DNA of 64,000 nucleotides from NCBI GenBank assembly GCA_965277285.1, contig OZ255721.1, positions 1,344,001 to 1,408,000 of the forward strand, read 5' to 3'. The translations under genes and the position numbers were made by a program. This stretch comes from Abditibacteriaceae bacterium (lineage in GTDB: Bacteria; Armatimonadota; Abditibacteriia; Abditibacteriales; Abditibacteriaceae). This document shows, piece by piece, positions 58,578 through 64,000 of this stretch. Under the pieces are notes generated by a model that saw only the letters and a program-made list of their open reading frames with translations, was not told where the DNA came from and ran no database searches. The stretch's first letter is position 1; every line of letters begins with the position of its first letter.

Positions 58578-59351
58578 ATGATTCTTGATGATATTGTAAC
58601 CGCCACACAAAAACGCGTCGCACTTCTTAAAGACGAGTACTCGTTACTGCAACTGGAAAAGCAAATGACGGACGACAAAGTGCGCCCTTTCAAAGCCGCG
58701 TTACAACATTCCAATCGCTTGGGTTTAATCGCGGAAATCAAGAAAGCCTCGCCTTCCAAAGGCTTGATCGCGCCCGACTTCGATGTCGAAAAAATGGCGA
58801 ACCTTTACCGCGATGGCGGCGCCGATTGCCTGAGCGTGCTGACCGAACCGGACTTTTTTCAAGGTCACAACGATTATCTAATGCAGGCGCGAACAATTTC
58901 CGGCCTGCCGGTTTTGCGCAAGGATTTCATCATCAGCGACTTGCAAATCGCCGAAGCGCGAATTTTGGGCGCCGATTGCATTCTGCTCATCGCGGCGATT
59001 TTGCGCGATTGGGAAATCCGCGCTTTCAAACACGTCGCAGGTCGTTACGGCATGGACGCTCTGGTCGAAATCCACGACGAAGCCGAAGCACAACGCGCGC
59101 TGGCCAACGGCTGCGATTTCGTCGGCATCAACAACCGCGATTTGCGAACTTTTGAAGTCGATCTGGGCACCACCGAACGCTTGCGACCGTTGCTGCCGTC
59201 CAACGTCACGGTGGTGGCGGAAAGCGGAATCAGTACGCGAAACGATGCGCAACGCTTGCGAAGTTGCGGCGCTGATGCGCTTTTAGTCGGCGAAAGCCTG
59301 ATGAAAAGCGGCGATGTAAACTCCGCGATACGGGAATTATTGGAGGTGTGA
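58578..59351 (+). CDS. trpC: Indole-3-glycerol phosphate synthase
   Basis: IAEIKKASPSKG, LRKDFI, GINNRDL, AESGI. Confidence 0.96.
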   Translation: MILDDIVTATQKRVALLKDEYSLLQLEKQMTDDKVRPFKAALQHSNRLGLIAEIKKASPSKGLIAPDFDVEKMANLYRDGGADCLSVLTEPDFFQGHNDYLMQARTISGLPVLRKDFIISDLQIAEARILGADCILLIAAILRDWEIRAFKHVAGRYGMDALVEIHDEAEAQRALANGCDFVGINNRDLRTFEVDLGTTERLRPLLPSNVTVVAESGISTRNDAQRLRSCGADALLVGESLMKSGDVNSAIRELLEV

Positions 59352-59354
59352 AGG

Positions 59355-59588
59355 ATGACAAGTTTTACGATTGAATTGGACGACGAATTGGCGCAGCAGT
59401 TGGAAGCGCGCGCCGCGCAAACGCACCTTACGCCGCATGAAATGGCAATTGTCGGCCTGCGCAATTTCCTGAAGAACGCCGAACCGGAATCGAGTACTCG
59501 AATTGAAACCTTGAGCGACGAAGAGTTTCAGAAAGTTGCCCAATACACGCTCGAAAAGAATGCGGAGCTTTATCGGCGGTTGGCCTGA
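59355..59588 (+). CDS. Putative RHH antitoxin
   Basis: TIELDDEL N-terminus, ELYRRLA C-terminus, coupled to the Doc gene. Confidence 0.75.
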   Translation: MTSFTIELDDELAQQLEARAAQTHLTPHEMAIVGLRNFLKNAEPESSTRIETLSDEEFQKVAQYTLEKNAELYRRLA

Positions 59589-59977
59589 TGCGCTCTCTTT
59601 CACTCGACGAAGTTCTCGAACTTCACGAAAAAGTTCTGCAACGTTCCGGCGGTTCATCCGGCGTACGCGACGAAGGTGCTCTCGAATCGGCTTTGGCGCA
59701 ACCGCAGATGAGTTTTGGCGGACAGGAACTTTATCCGACATTGGCCGAAAAAGCCGCCGCACTCAGCTTTTCGCTGATTAACAACCATCCGTTTGTGGAT
59801 GGCAACAAACGCATTGGCCATGCCGCAGCCGAAGTTTTCTCATCCTCAACGGCTACGAAATTCGCGCCGATGTCGATGAAGCGGAACGCATTGTTCTCGC
59901 CGTCGCATCTGGTCAAAACCTCGCGCGATGAATGGACGAACTGGTTGCGCGACCATTTAGTGCCATATTCCACTTGA
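59588..59977 (+). CDS. Doc/Fic family toxin with two compensating frameshifts
   Basis: GVRDEGALESA, HPFVDGNKR; family-typical LILNGYEIRAD lies in another frame at 59839-59916. Confidence 0.8.
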   Translation: MRSLSLDEVLELHEKVLQRSGGSSGVRDEGALESALAQPQMSFGGQELYPTLAEKAAALSFSLINNHPFVDGNKRIGHAAAEVFSSSTATKFAPMSMKRNALFSPSHLVKTSRDEWTNWLRDHLVPYST

Positions 59978-59994
59978 CAGCGCGGACAAAGTGC

Positions 59995-60030
59995 AAAGCC
60001 CGACTATCGAGTACTCGATAGTCGGGCTTT
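59995..60030. terminator. Terminator: perfect 36-bp palindrome centred on TCGAGTACTCGA
   Basis: AAAGCCCGACTA-TCGAGTACTCGA-TAGTCGGGCTTT. Confidence 0.75.
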
Positions 60031-60120
60031 TTGTTATATGGACTTTGGCGCCGTATCCAAGAAACCACTTTTTTCATCATTGAAGATGCAAACGTTGCAG
60101 GCACGCAGTTTTTTGATAGC

Positions 60121-60861
60121 TTAATTGGCGGCGCTGCGCGCGTGATCGAGTACTCGATTCCAATACGCGGCGAGCGCGTTTTGCGGTTCGAGTTGCAGCG
60201 CTTTCGCCAAAGATTGGCGCGCCGCTTCAGGCTGATTGGTTTGCGCATAACAGGCGCCCAGCACAGCGTGCGTCATCGCTTCATCGGGCGCCAATTGCAA
60301 AGCGTGCTGCGTGGCGGCATTGACTTCGCGCCGATGTTGCGCGGTTGGCGATTGCGCGACCAGGCACAACGCCAGCAACAACAAGGCGCGCCAGTCTTCG
60401 GGATCGCGTAGCAGCGTCGAGCGCGCGGCTGCGGTCGCTTCTTCAAAGCGGCCTTCTTCATACAACGCGCCGCCCCAGAAACCGGTAAAAGCGCTTTGTT
60501 CGGGATTATCCACAGCGACGCGGCGCAACAATTCGGTGCCTTCTTCCAGGCGTCCCAGAGCGCGCAGAACCGCGCCGCGCACCTGTAAAATCGGCGTCAA
60601 ATCCGGCCACATCGCCAGCGCCAAAATGGAAACCGCATCCGCTTCGGCAACTTGACCTTCTTCCAAAAGCGCAATCGCCAGGCGGCAATGCGCATCGGGA
60701 TTGTGCGGCTCCAGAGCAACTGCCGCGCGAAAACTCTGTACCGCGCGGTCATAGCGACGCGCCAGCATGAAACGATGACCGATCTCGATTTGCTGCGCGG
60801 CGGCCTCGCCACTGCGCCACCACGAAGACGCGTCCGAAGACGAGGAAGACGTATCGCTCAT
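60121..60861 (-). CDS. TPR-repeat protein
   Basis: Multiple TPR units (ALEPHNPDAH, ALQLAPD, ALQLEPQN). Confidence 0.8.
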   Translation of the reverse strand: MSDTSSSSSDASSWWRSGEAAAQQIEIGHRFMLARRYDRAVQSFRAAVALEPHNPDAHCRLAIALLEEGQVAEADAVSILALAMWPDLTPILQVRGAVLRALGRLEEGTELLRRVAVDNPEQSAFTGFWGGALYEEGRFEEATAAARSTLLRDPEDWRALLLLALCLVAQSPTAQHRREVNAATQHALQLAPDEAMTHAVLGACYAQTNQPEAARQSLAKALQLEPQNALAAYWNRVLDHARSAAN

Positions 60862-61155
60862 CAGTCACCGCCTTTGTGTAAACCATCAACGCGTAAACAA
60901 TCAACAACGACGGTTTCAACGCAAGTTGCAGCGAAACAACATCGCAAAAAGGCATGGTGCAAGTTGATGACAGAAGCCGCACGCCAAGTGTCGCGGGCTG
61001 GATTGATTTTCATAAAGAATTCTCGAATGTCCAAACTTCCCTTCTCATTGTGCCATAAATAAATGATTTCTATGCCAAGAAGCAACGGAATCACTATCAC
61101 TTTTTCGATGACGATTCATCGTTCAAGCGCGCCCAAATCTGGTTAAATAAGAAGC

Positions 61156-62421
61156 ATGACGACTTCGACCGCAATTGAAAATGAAAGCGCTGCCGTAAAC
61201 GCGCAACTGGACGCTTCAAGCGAGCAATCGAGTACTCGAAAGGACACTTCTCGCGGGCGCTTCGGCGATTTCGGCGGACAATTCGTGCCCGAAACGTTGA
61301 TGGTCGCGTTGCGCGAATTGGAAGATGTTTACGAAGAAGCCAAAAACGATCCGTCTTTCCGCGACGAACTCGCCGGACTTTTGCGCGATTTCGCGGGACG
61401 CCCGACGCCGCTTTATTTCGCCGAACGCTTGACCGAGCATTTCGGCGGCGCGCGAATTTTCCTCAAGCGCGAAGATTTATTGCACACCGGCGCGCACAAA
61501 ATTAATAACACGCTGGGACAAGCGCTGCTGGCGCGTCGTATGAAGAAACCGCGCCTGATCGCGGAAACTGGCGCCGGACAACATGGCGTCGCAACAGCCA
61601 CAGTCGCAGCGCGCTTTGGTTTTCAGTGCGATGTTTACATGGGCGAAGAGGACACGGTTCGCCAAAGTTTGAACGTCTTTCGCATGAGGCTTCTGGGCGC
61701 CAAAGTTATTCCCGTGACGAGCGGCAGCAAAACCCTCAAAGACGCGACGAACGAAGCGATGCGCGATTGGGTGACCAACGTGCGCGACACGCATTACATT
61801 ATTGGCAGCGTCGTCGGGCCGCATCCATTTCCCATGATGGTACGCGATTTTCATGCGATTACCGGCCAGGAAGCGCGCGAACAATCGCTTCGAGTACTCG
61901 ATAAGTTGCCGGATGCGTGCGTCGCGTGTGTTGGCGGCGGCAGCAACGCGATGGGGATTTTCTATCCATTCGTCAATGACAAAAACGTGCGCTTAATCGG
62001 CGTTGAAGCGGCGGGCGACGGCTTGAATACAAATCGTCACGCGGCGCCATTGAACCGTGGCAGCAAAGGCGTTTTGCATGGTTCTTTGAGTTACATCATG
62101 CAGGACAAAGCTGGACAAATCGCGCCGACGCACTCGATTTCCGCCGGACTCGATTATCCTGGCGTCGGGCCAGAACACGCGCATCTCAAAGACACGGGAC
62201 GCGCCGAATATGTTGCGGTGACCGATGTCGAAGCGCTCGAAGCGTTTCAATTGTTGTGCAAACTCGAAGGCATTATTCCCGCTTTGGAATCGAGTCACGC
62301 GCTGGCTTATCTACCGAAACTGACGCAGGAAATCGGGCGCGACGGCGTGATAATCGTGAACTTGAGCGGTCGCGGCGACAAAGATGTGAACACGGTGCAG
62401 GCGGCTTTGGAAAAACAGTAA
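61156..62421 (+). CDS. trpB: Tryptophan synthase beta chain
   Basis: [30 protein letters not shown]. Confidence 0.97.
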   Translation: MTTSTAIENESAAVNAQLDASSEQSSTRKDTSRGRFGDFGGQFVPETLMVALRELEDVYEEAKNDPSFRDELAGLLRDFAGRPTPLYFAERLTEHFGGARIFLKREDLLHTGAHKINNTLGQALLARRMKKPRLIAETGAGQHGVATATVAARFGFQCDVYMGEEDTVRQSLNVFRMRLLGAKVIPVTSGSKTLKDATNEAMRDWVTNVRDTHYIIGSVVGPHPFPMMVRDFHAITGQEAREQSLRVLDKLPDACVACVGGGSNAMGIFYPFVNDKNVRLIGVEAAGDGLNTNRHAAPLNRGSKGVLHGSLSYIMQDKAGQIAPTHSISAGLDYPGVGPEHAHLKDTGRAEYVAVTDVEALEAFQLLCKLEGIIPALESSHALAYLPKLTQEIGRDGVIIVNLSGRGDKDVNTVQAALEKQ

Positions 62422-62507
62422 ACCGTAGGGGCGAGGCGCTGCCTCGCCCGTGTTTCGAGTACTCGATTGGTGTAATAAAGGCGAGGCAGCGCCTCGCCCC
62501 TACTAAT

Positions 62508-63317
62508 ATGCAACGACTTCAACAGACATTTGAAAGACTTCAACAAAACAACGAACGCGCGCTTGTCCCATTTGTGACATGCGGCGATCCCGACTTAAAA
62601 ACGACGCGCGAACTGATTTTGGCGTATGCTGCGGCGGGCGCCGACATCGTGGAAATCGGCATTCCGTTTACCGATCCTCTGGCCGATGGCCCGACAATTC
62701 AGCGCGCTTCTGAACGCGCTTTGGCCAACGGCACGACGATGGACGATGCGCTGCAATTGATCGCCGATGTGCGGCGCGAAACCGACGTGCCTCTGGTTCC
62801 GATGACGTATATCAATCCGGTTTATCAAATCGGTTACGACGAATTCGCGCGACGTTGTCAGGAAGTCGGCGCCGATGCCGTGATTATTTCTGATTTGCCG
62901 CCCGAAGAAGCGCACGATTGGATCGAAGCCGGGCGCAAATACGACATCGGCACCATTTTTTTACTGGCGCCAACTTCGGATGATGCGCGTGTCGAAACAG
63001 TCGCGCAAAGCGCCACAGGTTTCATTTACGCCGTCGCGCGTTTGGGCGTGACCGGCGCGCGCAGCGATGTTCCGCCCGAAATCGGTGACCTTATCGCGCG
63101 CATTCGCCGCCACACGCAAACGCCGATTTGCGCTGGTTTCGGGTTTTCGTCCGCGGAACAAATCCGCAAAACTTGCGAAACAACACCTTTGAACGGCATC
63201 GTCGTCGCGTCCGCGTTAATTGATCGCATCGAAAAAACAGCGGGAAGTCCAAGCGAAAAAGTCGCGGCGGCGCAGAGTTTTGCAACCGAATTGAAAGCTG
63301 CCACACGACGCAATTAA
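62508..63317 (+). CDS. trpA: Tryptophan synthase alpha chain
   Basis: EIGIPFTDPLADGPTIQ, GVTG; start placed after the REP. Confidence 0.96.
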   Translation: MQRLQQTFERLQQNNERALVPFVTCGDPDLKTTRELILAYAAAGADIVEIGIPFTDPLADGPTIQRASERALANGTTMDDALQLIADVRRETDVPLVPMTYINPVYQIGYDEFARRCQEVGADAVIISDLPPEEAHDWIEAGRKYDIGTIFLLAPTSDDARVETVAQSATGFIYAVARLGVTGARSDVPPEIGDLIARIRRHTQTPICAGFGFSSAEQIRKTCETTPLNGIVVASALIDRIEKTAGSPSEKVAAAQSFATELKAATRRN

Positions 63318-63343
63318 GACGATCGAGTACTCGAATTCACTTT

Positions 63344-64000
63344 ATGGAACTGACACAAACGCAAAAGAACCAATTGAAAGACAACGGCTTTGTCGTAATT
63401 CCGCAGGCCGTTCCGCAACTGATGACGGACAAGGCTTTGCACGCGATCAATATGTCGTTGGGACAAGAAGGCATTGATCCCGCGAAATTGCCGATTCTGC
63501 GCGCACAAAGCTATTGCCCCGAACTGGGCGACGATCCCGTTGTCGTCGATTTATTTCGCAAAACGCCCCTCGCCGACTTGACCGAATCGCTGCTGGGCGA
63601 AGGCAACGCGCAATGCGGACACGCGCAAATCGCGCTGCGTTTTCCCATTGCTCAAGACCCGCCGCGCGCTCCTGGCTGGCACATCGACGGCATTCCGACC
63701 TCCACCAACGGCGTTCCACCGGGCGGATTGGCGTCTTTCACCATGCTGGTCGCGGTGTTGTTGTCCGATGTGCCGCACGAGAATATGGGCAACTTCACGG
63801 TTTGGCCTGGCTCGCACCAGGTCATCGAAAGTTTTTGCCGCGAACACGGCGGTGATAGCCTTTTGAGCCAGAATCCTCAACTCGAAATGGCGCCGCAACA
63901 AATCGTGGGACGCAAAGGTGACGCCGTGATTTGCCACTTTCAACTGGCGCACGGCATCGCGCCCAACGTGTCGCCGCACATTCGCTACACCACGTTTTTT
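63344..64000 (+). CDS. Phytanoyl-CoA dioxygenase (PhyH) family, truncated by the window end
   Basis: MELTQTQKNQLKDNGFVVIP, WHIDG, WPGSH, HGIAPN. Confidence 0.8.
   Translation, partial: MELTQTQKNQLKDNGFVVIPQAVPQLMTDKALHAINMSLGQEGIDPAKLPILRAQSYCPELGDDPVVVDLFRKTPLADLTESLLGEGNAQCGHAQIALRFPIAQDPPRAPGWHIDGIPTSTNGVPPGGLASFTMLVAVLLSDVPHENMGNFTVWPGSHQVIESFCREHGGDSLLSQNPQLEMAPQQIVGRKGDAVICHFQLAHGIAPNVSPHIRYTTFF

Larger units (their letters stand above)
135..63334. repeat. Highly iterated 12-bp palindrome TCGAGTACTCGA (dispersed)
   Basis: About 52 exact copies by manual count, starting at 135, 502, 2332, 2498, 3166, 4087, 5210, 7725, 9363, 10020 ... 61228, 61890, 62455, 63323. Confidence 0.98.

Noticed and set aside
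60861..61100. Cys-containing small ORF upstream of the TPR gene as a RiPP precursor
   Set aside because: No modifying enzymes nearby and coding status is unsupported
135..63334. CRISPR array or integron attC interpretation of the repeated 12-mer
   Set aside because: Copies are dispersed at about kb scale, many inside genes, with no regular spacers and no cas or integrase genes
135..63334. Cloning linker or adapter artefact
   Set aside because: Copies keep reading frames and encode plausible residues in conserved proteins, and graded near-matches exist; only raw reads can fully exclude it

Overview
A 64-kb chromosomal window from a GC-rich bacterium. Gene style suggests Abditibacteriota/Armatimonadota-like, but that is inference only. 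Gene content is mostly housekeeping: rex-hepT-ccmABC-sirC, DUF1800/DUF1501, glycogen debranching enzyme, recX, ArsR + P1B ATPase, ECF sigma and BlaI/BlaR modules, mdh, thiOSGE, 4 tRNAs, fumC, murJ, an ino1/glycan cluster, ddpX + peptide ABC genes and split trp genes with a Doc TA pair. The outstanding signal is non-genic: the 12-bp palindrome TCGAGTACTCGA occurs about 52 times exactly by manual count, plus about 20 near-copies that keep the GAGTACTC core, against about 0.004 expected by chance. It lies inside conserved genes in all three frames (SSTR / EYS / RVL), in terminator stems, in promoter spacers, at the ends of a MITE-like element and at the borders of duplicated genes. This resembles a HIP1-like highly iterated palindrome system with a motif I do not recognise. 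Several REP/MITE-like inverted-repeat families, some nested, fill the intergenic gaps. All counts and coordinates were read by eye.
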